Source: Saprospiraceae bacterium
Lineage (GTDB): Bacteria > Bacteroidota > Bacteroidia > Chitinophagales > Saprospiraceae
Assembly (NCBI GenBank): GCA_016787285.1
Contig: JAEUUV010000242.1
Location: 8,905-72,904, forward strand
DNA: 64,000 nucleotides
Direction: 5' to 3'
The position numbers and the translations under genes were made by a program. Shown here in pieces: positions 1 through 8,372 of this stretch. Each line of letters starts with the position of its first letter. Within the stretch, counting starts at the first letter, position 1. The notes below the pieces were generated by a model. That model ran no database searches and was not told the DNA's origin. It was given only the letters and a program-made list of their open reading frames with translations.

Positions 1-369
1 TTCCTGCGCATTGCCGACCTGCCCAGCAGCGGATTCTGGAACCAGAACAACTCGCTCGGTATCCGTTACCGGCATAATGTAAACGGCGGAAAATGGCAAT
101 GTTACTCCCGCGACGGCAGCGGTGGCGAAACCGTCGTGGATACCGGCATCCCGTTCACCGTGGATACCGAGTACGAAGTGATGGTGACGCTAACCAAAAC
201 CAACACCGAGGCCACATATTTCCTGAATGGCGCCGTGGTGGGTCGCATTACTTCCAATCTGCCGGGAGCGGTAGCCGTAGGCCCGTCGAACCACCTGGAA
301 AAACTCACCGGAAACTCACCGCGTTCGGCATTGGTCTACCGATTCATGGGAGCCGCTATTGCGCCCTGA
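1..369 (+). CDS. Partial CDS (3' end only); hypothetical protein with a beta-sandwich-like tail
   Basis: Frame +1 is open from base 1 to the TGA at 367-369. The tail (...TEYEVMVTLTKTNTEATYFLNGAVVGRI...) reads like the terminal strands of a lectin/LamG-type fold. No start codon lies in the window. Confidence 0.45.
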   Translation, partial: FLRIADLPSSGFWNQNNSLGIRYRHNVNGGKWQCYSRDGSGGETVVDTGIPFTVDTEYEVMVTLTKTNTEATYFLNGAVVGRITSNLPGAVAVGPSNHLEKLTGNSPRSALVYRFMGAAIAP

Positions 370-383
370 AAAACTACTACGCT

Positions 384-2123
384 ATGCTGTCTGTCCGTTT
401 GATATTGCTGCTTTTTGCGGGTATTTTCCTGCTTGATCCTGCCGCCGCTCAGATCAGGATTTCCGGCGGGTACCTCGTCGTTTCTGCCGGCAGTCAGGTG
501 GTGGCATCGGGACTGAGCCTGCAAAACGACAGCAGCGCAACCGTTGTCAATCAGGGCGCCATCGCCACCACCGATCATATTTCCAACGCAGCGGGTGGCG
601 CGTTCAGCGGAAACGGCCTGTGGAAACTCGGCGGTAACTGGACCAATGCCGGCGTCTTTGCCGCAGGCACGTCCACCGTACACTTCGACGGCAACGGCAG
701 TAGTAGCGTGACAGCGGGCGGCGCGCCGTTTTTTAACCTTCAGATTGGCAAAAACGCGAACGACCTGACGCTTGCCTCCGCAGTGACCGTACTGAACGAA
801 GCGCGTTTTTTGACCAATAACAACAAAATCATCTGCGGCAATTTTGACTTCACCATCGGCGAGTCGGCCACTGTCACAGGCGCCGACAACAACGACTTTT
901 TTGTGACCAACGGCACCGGCGTGCTCAAACGCCGGGCACTTGGCGCCACGGCATTTACCTTCCCGGTTGGCGCCGACGCCGACACCTACAACTCGCTGAT
1001 CCTTGCCGAAAATGCAACGCCCGACACGATCGGTGTGCGTTGCCTCCCGCAGCCGCTGACCAACGGCCTGACCGGAAACCCGATCGCCGCCGACGCCGTC
1101 AACGCAGCTTGGGAGGTTCGGGAGAGCGTACCCGGCAGCTCCAGCCTGACAGCCACAGCCCAATGGGCGCTGAGCGACGAACTGACCGGATTCGTGCGCA
1201 CCGAATGCGGCATTGCACGCTTCAATTCGGGCGCCGACTGGGACTTGCCGACTACCGCCATGGGCGCCGCCGCAGGCGCCGGGCCGTACACCCGCACCCG
1301 TTCCGGCCTTACGCCCGGGGTGTTTGCCGTGCAGGACGAGGCCTACCTGAACCGGGTAAAAATTGCGCCCCGGATCATGTTGTCCGGTCCGTTCAATGCC
1401 GCCACTTCGAAAATGAACGACAACCTGCGCCTGCTGGCCGCATTTCCACTCAATGCCCCGGGCACGTATGGAACCGGAAAATTTGTCCACTCCGGTTGGC
1501 AACCGAGTGCCGGATACAGCATTCCCGCTTCCGTACTGGCAGTTACGGGCGACAACGCCATTGTGGACTGGGTGTTCCTATGGCTCAAAGACCCGAATAA
1601 TCCTGCTACCAACCTCCAGACTTCGGTTGCCTTGCTGCAAAAAGACGGCGATGTGGTGGACCTCGACGGCATATCTCCTGTGCGTATTCCCGCCGAAGCC
1701 GGAAATTACATTTTCGCCATCGGTCAGCGCAACCACCTGAGTGTGCGCACGCCCAACGGAGCCGGGCTTGCCCTGAACGAAATCACGGCTACACCGTACG
1801 ATTTCACTACCGCCATGACGCAGGGGCACGGCACCAATCCGATGAAGCAGGTGCAAACCAATCCGGCTGTTTTTGCCCTTTGGGGCGGAAATACCAGCCT
1901 GAACAATACGGTACGCATGACCGGGCCTCCAAGCATCAACGACTACACGGTCATCCTGAACACCCTTGGCGCTCCTGCGGGTATCCAGTCGAGCGTGTAC
2001 TCCAACTCCGATGTAAACATGGACGGCACCGTGCGACTGACCGGTCCGGCAAGCATCAACGACTATAGCAAATTGCTGAACATACTCGGCGTGTACACCA
2101 ATATCATCACCGAACAACAATAA
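384..2123 (+). CDS. Secreted protein with two C-terminal dockerin/EF-hand-like repeats
   Basis: The ATG at 384 gives the signal peptide MLSVRLILLLFAGIFLLDPAAAQ. The 93-383 extension of the tracked ORF overlaps the preceding CDS and is Arg-rich. There are two C-terminal repeats TVR(M/L)TGP(P/A)SINDY..LN(T/I)LG. Confidence 0.6.
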   Translation: MLSVRLILLLFAGIFLLDPAAAQIRISGGYLVVSAGSQVVASGLSLQNDSSATVVNQGAIATTDHISNAAGGAFSGNGLWKLGGNWTNAGVFAAGTSTVHFDGNGSSSVTAGGAPFFNLQIGKNANDLTLASAVTVLNEARFLTNNNKIICGNFDFTIGESATVTGADNNDFFVTNGTGVLKRRALGATAFTFPVGADADTYNSLILAENATPDTIGVRCLPQPLTNGLTGNPIAADAVNAAWEVRESVPGSSSLTATAQWALSDELTGFVRTECGIARFNSGADWDLPTTAMGAAAGAGPYTRTRSGLTPGVFAVQDEAYLNRVKIAPRIMLSGPFNAATSKMNDNLRLLAAFPLNAPGTYGTGKFVHSGWQPSAGYSIPASVLAVTGDNAIVDWVFLWLKDPNNPATNLQTSVALLQKDGDVVDLDGISPVRIPAEAGNYIFAIGQRNHLSVRTPNGAGLALNEITATPYDFTTAMTQGHGTNPMKQVQTNPAVFALWGGNTSLNNTVRMTGPPSINDYTVILNTLGAPAGIQSSVYSNSDVNMDGTVRLTGPASINDYSKLLNILGVYTNIITEQQ

Positions 2124-2129
2124 TCCGCC

Positions 2130-3305
2130 ATGCCATCCGCCAAACGACTTTGGGTTCTGTTCTTTTTTCAACTGCTTGTGCTGTGCGGCACGGCGCAACC
2201 GCATTTTTTGGCCACCGCTACGATAAATGGCAACGATCTCCAAGTCAAAATCAAACCCGTTGGCGGCCCCATCACATGTGGCTGGTCGGTATTCGAGTTT
2301 TTTTTCCGAAACCCCGACGGGGCCCCCAATGCCGATGCCGAATTTGATGCCGCCACGATCACGATGAACAGTACCGATTTTCCGGGATTGAGTATCCCGT
2401 ATAACGGGAGCAACCTGCAAGGCGCCGAAACCGGCTACAACAACTACTGGTTTGGCGCACCATTCAATCCACCTACTGCTACAAGAACCTACAATCAGAA
2501 TCAGGAATACCTCGTTTGCACGATTTCCCTTTCGACTTCCCCCTCGGGTTTCGACTTCGAAATGTGCCACAACGAGCCATACTTCACCCCGCACTACCTG
2601 GCCCTCACAAATGAGGATGGCACCGACATGACCAACCTGACCGGAACCAATAAATTTTACGGCCCGGACACCATCATTTGCAATCCCAACTGTCCGGTGA
2701 CCACCGACGGCAACAACCACATTCTGCCGCTGAACGGAGCGCAACCGGTTGAACTTATGGATTTTCAGGCCCGGAAGCACCAAGAGAGCGCTGCCCGACT
2801 CGACTGGCGCACGGCTTCGGAGGTAAATTTCAATTATTTTGAAATTCACCGGCAGCATCCGGACGAGCACTGGGAGTTCATTGGTTCAGTCCCGGGAAAA
2901 GCATGGGCAGGAGAGGGGGCAGCCTACACATTTTACGACTACAGCCCACCACGAGAAACGGTTTACTACCGCCTGAAAATGGTGGACAACGATGGTACTT
3001 TTTCCCACTCCCCTATTCGGAGCGTCGCCTTTGAAGGTGAAAATGCGATGCGCGTTTTCCCCAACCCGGCCTCCGGGGTGCTCCATCTGGCATTCGACGA
3101 TGAAATGCGGAAGGAGCGACTTCTTGTCGAACTCTTAGACTGGTCCGGGAGGGTTGTCCTGCAAAAACAAGTAGCTGTGTTGCCGGGTGGGTCGGAAACA
3201 ATCGGGCTGGCCGAATATGCGCTACCGGGCGGAGTTTACCTGCTCCGCGCACACGGTGGCGACACCGGGTTTGAGTTTCGGGAAAATGTAGTGGTGCTGG
3301 ACTAA
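2130..3305 (+). CDS. T9SS-sorted secreted protein (C-terminal Por/T9SS sorting domain)
   Basis: Signal peptide MPSAKRLWVLFFFQLLVLCGTAQ. The C-terminal ~80 aa (RVFPNPASGVLHLAFDD...VYLLRAHGGD...) fit the T9SS CTD pattern. It starts 6 nt after the upstream stop. Confidence 0.7.
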   Translation: MPSAKRLWVLFFFQLLVLCGTAQPHFLATATINGNDLQVKIKPVGGPITCGWSVFEFFFRNPDGAPNADAEFDAATITMNSTDFPGLSIPYNGSNLQGAETGYNNYWFGAPFNPPTATRTYNQNQEYLVCTISLSTSPSGFDFEMCHNEPYFTPHYLALTNEDGTDMTNLTGTNKFYGPDTIICNPNCPVTTDGNNHILPLNGAQPVELMDFQARKHQESAARLDWRTASEVNFNYFEIHRQHPDEHWEFIGSVPGKAWAGEGAAYTFYDYSPPRETVYYRLKMVDNDGTFSHSPIRSVAFEGENAMRVFPNPASGVLHLAFDDEMRKERLLVELLDWSGRVVLQKQVAVLPGGSETIGLAEYALPGGVYLLRAHGGDTGFEFRENVVVLD

Positions 3306-3317
3306 GAGGCGGTTTGC

Positions 3318-4928
3318 TTAAAACAGCCAACACTTTTTCTTTTTTCTGGCCCCCTTTTTGGTCTTTTTAACCACCACCGGGTCACTGGAATAACTTTCCA
3401 CATTGAACCGGTTGTACGCCACCAGAACATACGTGTAAAACTCCCCTTCGGCGGCGGTGGGGTCTTCAAAAATCCAGCGCTCGGAGTAGAACGGCGTGTA
3501 CGTAATCAGGTTGCGCGGATTCTGGAAATCGCCCACACTTTGGCCGTCAAAACGGTAGATAGCAAAGTAGTGCGGGTTTTCGTCGCTGGTAGCGATATCA
3601 CAGGCATGCCAGGCGAGTTTAACGGAACTGGGTGAGCCGCCTACGCGGCAAATTTGCGGGGTAGCCGGCGGGGTTTTCGAGAGCCAAGCCATACCCGGCA
3701 CACGCGCCGGATTGGGATACAATACCGTCATCAACGAATCCTGCACACCGAGCGCGTTGCGCAGCAAGGGTTTTACCGAAAAGTAAATACTGCCATGCAC
3801 AGCACTATTACTGCGGTTGAGGGCCACCTGTCGTTTAATTTCGTCGGGTTTGTTCCAGTTGGGGTCTACCTCATTATTTTGAATTTTGTACGCGGCATGG
3901 CCGGCATAGAGGTGCTTGCCGTAAGTGTGTTTGCTCCACCACTCAAGCAAGGTTTGGTAGTCGGCAGGAGGAAAACCGATGCTCCAGTAGATTTGGGGGG
4001 CCACATAATCAATCCAGCCATTGCGCATCCACTTGAGTACGTCGGCGTACAGGTCGTCGTAGCAGGTGATTCCGGCCCGGGTTTGCGAGCCGTTGATGGG
4101 GTCCTGATCGGCGTTGCGCCACACCCCAAACGGGCTGATTCCGAACCGGACATACGGCTTGATGCTTTTGATCATAGAGGACACGCCCTCCACGAGTTTG
4201 TCCACGTTGTCGCGCCGCCAGTCTTCAATGGTGATAAAACCACGCGGGTTGGAAGCGTAGTCGTTCATATCCTGCAACACATGACCAGGTTCTTTGTAGG
4301 GGTAAAAATAGTCGTCGAAGTGAATGCCGTCTACATCATAGCGCACGACTACATCGCGCACGACGTTGATCAGGTACTGGCGCACCAACGCACTGGCAGG
4401 ATTGAAATAGTACCGGTTTCCGTAGCGGAAAAACCACTCGCTTTTCCGGTTTTCTGGCAAGGAACGCAGGGGATGTGTGGGGGCCAAACTGGCAGTGTCG
4501 AGATCAAAGGATGCGCGATAGGGGTTCATCCAGGCATGAAACTCCATGCGCCGAGCATGCGCCGATTTGATCATAAATTCGAGCGGGTCGTACAACGGAT
4601 CGGGGGCTTTACCCTGCACGTCGGTCAGGTATTTGCTCCAGGGTGCTACGGCGGAGGGGTAAAAGGCATCGCCGGCAGGGCGAATTTGCACGAACACAGC
4701 GTTCATACCCATTGCCTTGAGCACGTCTAAGATACTATCGAACTCCACGCGTTGGCGTTCAGGCGACAAGCCCGGAGCGGAGGGCCAGTCAATATTGGCT
4801 ACGGTAGATACCCAAGCGCCACGTAGTTCGGCAACGGGCTGGGTGATTTTTTGTGAAAACAGCGGCGCAACCAGCGCACTGGCAATCAGCAGGGTCAGAA
4901 TTCGACGGGAGCGGAGTAGTCGGGACAT
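3318..4928 (-). CDS. Glycoside-hydrolase-like family 10 protein (GHL10/DUF187, YngK-like)
   Basis: The ATG at 4928 gives the signal peptide MSRLLRSRRILTLLIASALVAPLFSQ. Motifs RGAWVSTVANIDWPS, GMNAVFVQIRPAGDAFYPS, EFHAWMNPYR and GIHFDDYFYPY are typical of this family (from memory). Confidence 0.65.
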   Translation of the reverse strand: MSRLLRSRRILTLLIASALVAPLFSQKITQPVAELRGAWVSTVANIDWPSAPGLSPERQRVEFDSILDVLKAMGMNAVFVQIRPAGDAFYPSAVAPWSKYLTDVQGKAPDPLYDPLEFMIKSAHARRMEFHAWMNPYRASFDLDTASLAPTHPLRSLPENRKSEWFFRYGNRYYFNPASALVRQYLINVVRDVVVRYDVDGIHFDDYFYPYKEPGHVLQDMNDYASNPRGFITIEDWRRDNVDKLVEGVSSMIKSIKPYVRFGISPFGVWRNADQDPINGSQTRAGITCYDDLYADVLKWMRNGWIDYVAPQIYWSIGFPPADYQTLLEWWSKHTYGKHLYAGHAAYKIQNNEVDPNWNKPDEIKRQVALNRSNSAVHGSIYFSVKPLLRNALGVQDSLMTVLYPNPARVPGMAWLSKTPPATPQICRVGGSPSSVKLAWHACDIATSDENPHYFAIYRFDGQSVGDFQNPRNLITYTPFYSERWIFEDPTAAEGEFYTYVLVAYNRFNVESYSSDPVVVKKTKKGARKKKKCWLF

Positions 4929-5081
4929 CGTTGTTTGTTTGGCGGTAAAAATAGAGAAGTCCGCGTTTATGCCACGCACTTTGTCACATTGGCTAACTTT
5001 GCACTGTATTTCAAAGCCAAATTCCTGACTTTCAGGAACAAAACCCGGATTTGCTCTACTCGTCCCATCGCCGCGCAAATT

Positions 5082-5447
5082 ATGAAAGGACTCTCCACCA
5101 TCGCCCTGCTTCTGCTTTCCAATGTGTTTATGACATTCGCCTGGTACGGTCACCTGAAGTTCCAGCACCTGTCATTTTTCAAAAAAACGGGTTTATTCGG
5201 CATTATTCTGGCCAGTTGGCTGATTGCATTCCTTGAGTATTGTTTCATGGTACCCGCCAACCGCATTGGGTATCAGGAAAACGGTGGGCCATTCTCCCTG
5301 CTGCACCTGAAAGTGATTCAGGAAGTCATCACGCTGGTGGTATTTGTGTTGTTCACCCTGGTGTTTTTCAAGAATGAGACGTTGAAATGGAACCACTTCG
5401 TGGGGTTTGTTTTCCTGGTACTGGCTGTGTACTTTATCCGGAAATAA
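5082..5447 (+). CDS. Small DMT-superfamily membrane protein (DUF486-like)
   Basis: The ATG at 5082 gives MKGLSTIALLLLSNVFMTFAWYGHLKF... The product is about 121 aa with four hydrophobic helices. Confidence 0.6.
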   Translation: MKGLSTIALLLLSNVFMTFAWYGHLKFQHLSFFKKTGLFGIILASWLIAFLEYCFMVPANRIGYQENGGPFSLLHLKVIQEVITLVVFVLFTLVFFKNETLKWNHFVGFVFLVLAVYFIRK

Positions 5448-5597
5448 TTCTTACACACGAGGTTAGTCTGGCTTTTCCTGCCGTATTTTCACTTTCCGAT
5501 GCATGTATGAAAAAGAATCGGCCACGCAGTACCCTGCGCAGCCGTCTCCATGTTTTCTAACAGTATGTCGGTATGAAGAAATTCGATGGATAAAGAC

Positions 5598-5644
5598 CGA
5601 AAAAACAGCCCTCCGCCCTTTCTCATTTGAAAGGGCCGGAGGGC
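5598..5644 (-). terminator. Intrinsic terminator (minus strand)
   Basis: On the minus strand the sequence reads GCCCTCCGGCCCTTTC-AAATGA-GAAAGGGCGGAGGGC followed by TGTTTTTTCGG. Confidence 0.55.
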
Positions 5645-5772
5645 CCCCGCCTTCGGTTTATTCTTGCCGGCTTTAAGTTACCTGCCGGTATTTTATCTTT
5701 TGCCCGTTTTCGATGAATGGGCTTGTGGTATCAAGAGAATTCAACACGGCTCTTTTGCTGCTGTCTCAATTA
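5598..5772 (-). ncRNA. Candidate small RNA (promoter-to-terminator unit with no ORF)
   Basis: A minus-strand Bacteroidota-type promoter (5779-5808) is followed about 175 nt later by a strong intrinsic terminator (5598-5644). No ORF of 60 aa or more lies between them on either strand, and there is an internal CCGGC/GCCGG hairpin. Confidence 0.3.
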
Positions 5773-5778
5773 CGGGGA

Positions 5779-5808
5779 CAAATATATGGCATTTTTTCCA
5801 CTTGCAAA
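5779..5808 (-). promoter_or_regulatory. Bacteroidota-type promoter (TTTG-N18-TATATTTG), minus strand
   Basis: The plus strand shows CAAATATA at 5779-5786 and CAAA at 5805-5808. The reverse complement gives TTTG-N18-TAnnTTTG. Confidence 0.4.
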
Positions 5809-5999
5809 TTTTTCACGCCGCTTTCTTGAAAAAAAATACCGCTTCCTTGAAATAGCGCACATATCACTTTTTGCCTAAACGTATAAAAATGATTACATTT
5901 TGAGCAAAAAGTGCCTTTAGGACTGCAATTGTCCACGAGGTCACAGGTAAAAACACCGGAAAAAATATTTTTCGAACAAGTGCCGCCAAAGCGACAAAA

Positions 6000-6995
6000 T
6001 CAGGCGGGATACGGAAATTGTTCCGGCTGGATGGTTTCCGCGCATGCAAAATGCTCTTTGGGGCAAGCGCGATACCCGTGCAGACCACAGGGGCGACAGG
6101 GCAATGGTTGGTCGGTTTCTACCACAGTTCGGTTGTCCGACAAGGGTGTAAACCCAAACCTAGGTACCGTAGAACAAAACACAGCAGTCACAGGGGCATC
6201 TACGGCAGACGCCAGATGCATCGGCGCCGAGTCATTCACGTAGTTCATCAGCGCCTCCTGCATGAGCGCAGCCGATTCAAGAAAACTCAAGCGCCCGGCC
6301 AGGTTATGAACAACCGGATGTTTCGCACCTTGCCTGATTTGATCACAAGACGCTGCATCATCCGGGCCTCCAAGCAACAGCACGGCACAATCCTGAGGAA
6401 TTCGTTCGATCAACTGCAACCACTTGTGTTCCGGAAATTGTTTGGTAAACCATACAGAAGTAGGGGCGATACACACAAATCGGCCATTCGTGGGCTTGAT
6501 TCCCCGGGCCTTGGCCACATCATCGGCGGACGGGTACAGGCGAGGTTTTTCAAACGATCCATCGGTTAGATTTTCAATAAGGAGCAGATTGCGCTCCACT
6601 TCATGGATTGGGTGCTGAGGAGTACCAAATACATGGGGAACTCGTCTTGTAAACAGCCAGGAGAGTGGATTTTTGCGAAAACCCGCTGTTTGCCGGGCGC
6701 CGGAAAGCATCGTAATCAGCCCGGAAGCAGCAAACCGCTGGCAATTGATTGCCCAGTCATAATGCTCCACACGCAGCGCCCTGACAAGTTTCCAAAGTCC
6801 CCGGTACTTCTCCTTTTTTTTGTCCCATACCCACACCTGGCGCACGTATGGATGGTTGGAAAGCAGTTTTTCATTTCCCCGACGGAGCAAAAAATCAATT
6901 TGCGCCTCCGGGAAAAACCGGTGCAATTTTTCCACTATTGGCGTTGCCAGCACCACATCGCCAATAAAAGCAGTTTGGATTACCAGAAACTTCAT
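6000..6995 (-). CDS. Glycosyltransferase family 9 (heptosyltransferase-like)
   Basis: The ATG at 6995 gives MKFLVIQTAFIGDVVLATPIVEKL, the typical GT9 N-terminus. The motif DSAPMHLASA lies near the C-terminus. Confidence 0.7.
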   Translation of the reverse strand: MKFLVIQTAFIGDVVLATPIVEKLHRFFPEAQIDFLLRRGNEKLLSNHPYVRQVWVWDKKKEKYRGLWKLVRALRVEHYDWAINCQRFAASGLITMLSGARQTAGFRKNPLSWLFTRRVPHVFGTPQHPIHEVERNLLLIENLTDGSFEKPRLYPSADDVAKARGIKPTNGRFVCIAPTSVWFTKQFPEHKWLQLIERIPQDCAVLLLGGPDDAASCDQIRQGAKHPVVHNLAGRLSFLESAALMQEALMNYVNDSAPMHLASAVDAPVTAVFCSTVPRFGFTPLSDNRTVVETDQPLPCRPCGLHGYRACPKEHFACAETIQPEQFPYPA

Positions 6996-7032
6996 GCGGC
7001 GAAGTTCTGCCCAAAGAGTAAAACCTGTCGAG

Positions 7033-8058
7033 TTATTTGTCGGAAAATTCCATCCTGGACGGTATTTCAGCAGAATTAGCAAGTGCATCGAAGAAAACAT
7101 CGAGAAACCTTGCCATGTCGTCACTTGCCTCTACCGACAGGAATCGGCTTCTGCACTCATCGTAAAGCATTGGTTTGGCGTTAAGGAGTGCTTGCCGGGC
7201 ACGCTGAAGTGCAGCGCTGTTTATCCCATAATCCATCAAACACCGGTCTTTGACGGAGCGGACGTTGCAATCCGAGTTGGGAGAGGAATACGGAGCACTT
7301 ACCAGACCGGAAAAATCAAAATCATACGGGACCGGGTAAATTTTTTCATCTCCAGAGGGGCGCAGTAACATCATATTCCGACACGAAGCGATGTCCCAGT
7401 CGGTATTTCCAATCATGAATTCAAACAGCACTGCCAGTGCGGCCTGCTCTTCCTGTAGTTGTTCAGCCTTGATTCCCCAGTCCTGAAAAACCGCCGAGCC
7501 GGTTCGCCCGGCAACTTGCTCTTCGTGTTCCACAAGCATGGCAAGCATTTTTTGGGGACGTTTTTTTGCATGGTCTTTGAGTTGCAGGCGAATCAATCGG
7601 GCACGCACACAATAGTTCGGGCTTAATTTTTCGAACATGCGATAGGTGAGGTACTCCCGGACAATCAAACTCTCATCGGCTTCTTTGCCGGCACAGGGGA
7701 GCACCAGTTTGATTTCATTCATGGTGTCCAGTTGCGCCTCCTGGAGGCCGGCTTTGGAAAACTTCAGTTTTATCGGCGGGATTTCACAGCGCTTGCGGCG
7801 AAACTTTCCACGGGTTCGTACTTCGAGTTCGAATGTTTTTCCCAATTCATCTGTCATCGTGGCCGATATGTAATCCGCTTTCTTCCGGTTTTGAAGCAAT
7901 GCCGTAAAATCCAGATTCAGTTGAATTTTTGCCCCCTCTTCCTCCGTGAGATAGTCAAACACCGTGGCAGGCTTAGCCAAACTATCCTGAGCAGCTAGAC
8001 CAGATATGCTCACCAGTGTGAATAGAAGTTGATGTGTCAGAGTGCATAATATTCGCAT
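7033..8058 (-). CDS. Secreted hypothetical protein, CotH-like by motif pattern
   Basis: There is a signal peptide. RTRGKFRRKRCEIPPIKLKFSK, LIVREYLTYRMFEKL, LAMLVEHEEQV and GNTDWD resemble the CotH kinase-fold family (from memory, not searched). Confidence 0.4.
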   Translation of the reverse strand: MRILCTLTHQLLFTLVSISGLAAQDSLAKPATVFDYLTEEEGAKIQLNLDFTALLQNRKKADYISATMTDELGKTFELEVRTRGKFRRKRCEIPPIKLKFSKAGLQEAQLDTMNEIKLVLPCAGKEADESLIVREYLTYRMFEKLSPNYCVRARLIRLQLKDHAKKRPQKMLAMLVEHEEQVAGRTGSAVFQDWGIKAEQLQEEQAALAVLFEFMIGNTDWDIASCRNMMLLRPSGDEKIYPVPYDFDFSGLVSAPYSSPNSDCNVRSVKDRCLMDYGINSAALQRARQALLNAKPMLYDECRSRFLSVEASDDMARFLDVFFDALANSAEIPSRMEFSDK

Positions 8059-8182
8059 AGTAAAAAGTCGGTTTTGTTGAGCAAATGTAGTAAAAAGTCT
8101 TGCGGCGCCAAACCATTTTTTACTGGTTTACAAGCACTTGGGATATTGATTCAAAAAAAATAACAGGAGTTTTAAAAAAAAA

Positions 8183-8213
8183 TTTGTCAGAGTATTCTGT
8201 GCGCCTATCTTTG
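8183..8213 (+). promoter_or_regulatory. Canonical Bacteroidota promoter for tRNA-Leu
   Basis: TTTG (8183-8186), then N19, then TATCTTTG (8206-8213), about 25 nt upstream of the tRNA 5' end. Confidence 0.6.
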
Positions 8214-8238
8214 CCCCCGCTTCTGAAAATGCACCTCT

Positions 8239-8322
8239 GCGGGAATGGCGGAATTGGTAGACGCACACGTTTCAGGGGCGTGCGCCTTCACGGGCATGCG
8301 AGTTCGAGTCTCGCTTCCCGCA
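8239..8322 (+). tRNA. tRNA-Leu (anticodon CAG), CCA not encoded
   Basis: Acceptor stem GCGGGAA/TTCCCGC with discriminator A. Anticodon stem CACGT/GCGTG with loop TTCAGGG. A long variable arm and T-loop GTTCGAGTC are present. Confidence 0.9.
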
Positions 8323-8334
8323 CATATTTTGAAA

Positions 8335-8366
8335 GGGTTCTCCAATGTGTTGGAGAACCCTTTTTT
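8335..8366. terminator. Intrinsic terminator between convergent tRNA-Leu and pruA
   Basis: GGGTTCTCCAA-TGTG-TTGGAGAACCC followed by TTTTTT, with AAA on the other side. Confidence 0.7.
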
Positions 8367-8372
8367 CGTCAC

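Noticed and set aside
93-383. N-terminal extension of the 676-aa tracked ORF
   Set aside because: It overlaps the preceding in-frame CDS tail, is Arg-rich, and precedes an internal ATG that gives a good signal peptide. Similar upstream extensions were trimmed for many genes, including those starting at 4928, 5082, 6995, 10478, 26558, 36990, 40147, 48402, 54422, 56364, 56502 and 59847.
336-2870. 388-aa and 430-aa ORFs on the minus strand (336-1502 and 1578-2870)
   Set aside because: They are antisense to two secreted-protein genes that have signal peptides and a T9SS CTD. Their composition is a mirror-frame artefact.
3654-4730. 358-aa ORF on the plus strand
   Set aside because: It is antisense to the GHL10-like gene.
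5664-5855. 63-aa ORF on the plus strand in the long AT-rich spacer
   Set aside because: It has no signal of coding bias. The region is better explained by a minus-strand promoter and non-coding transcript.
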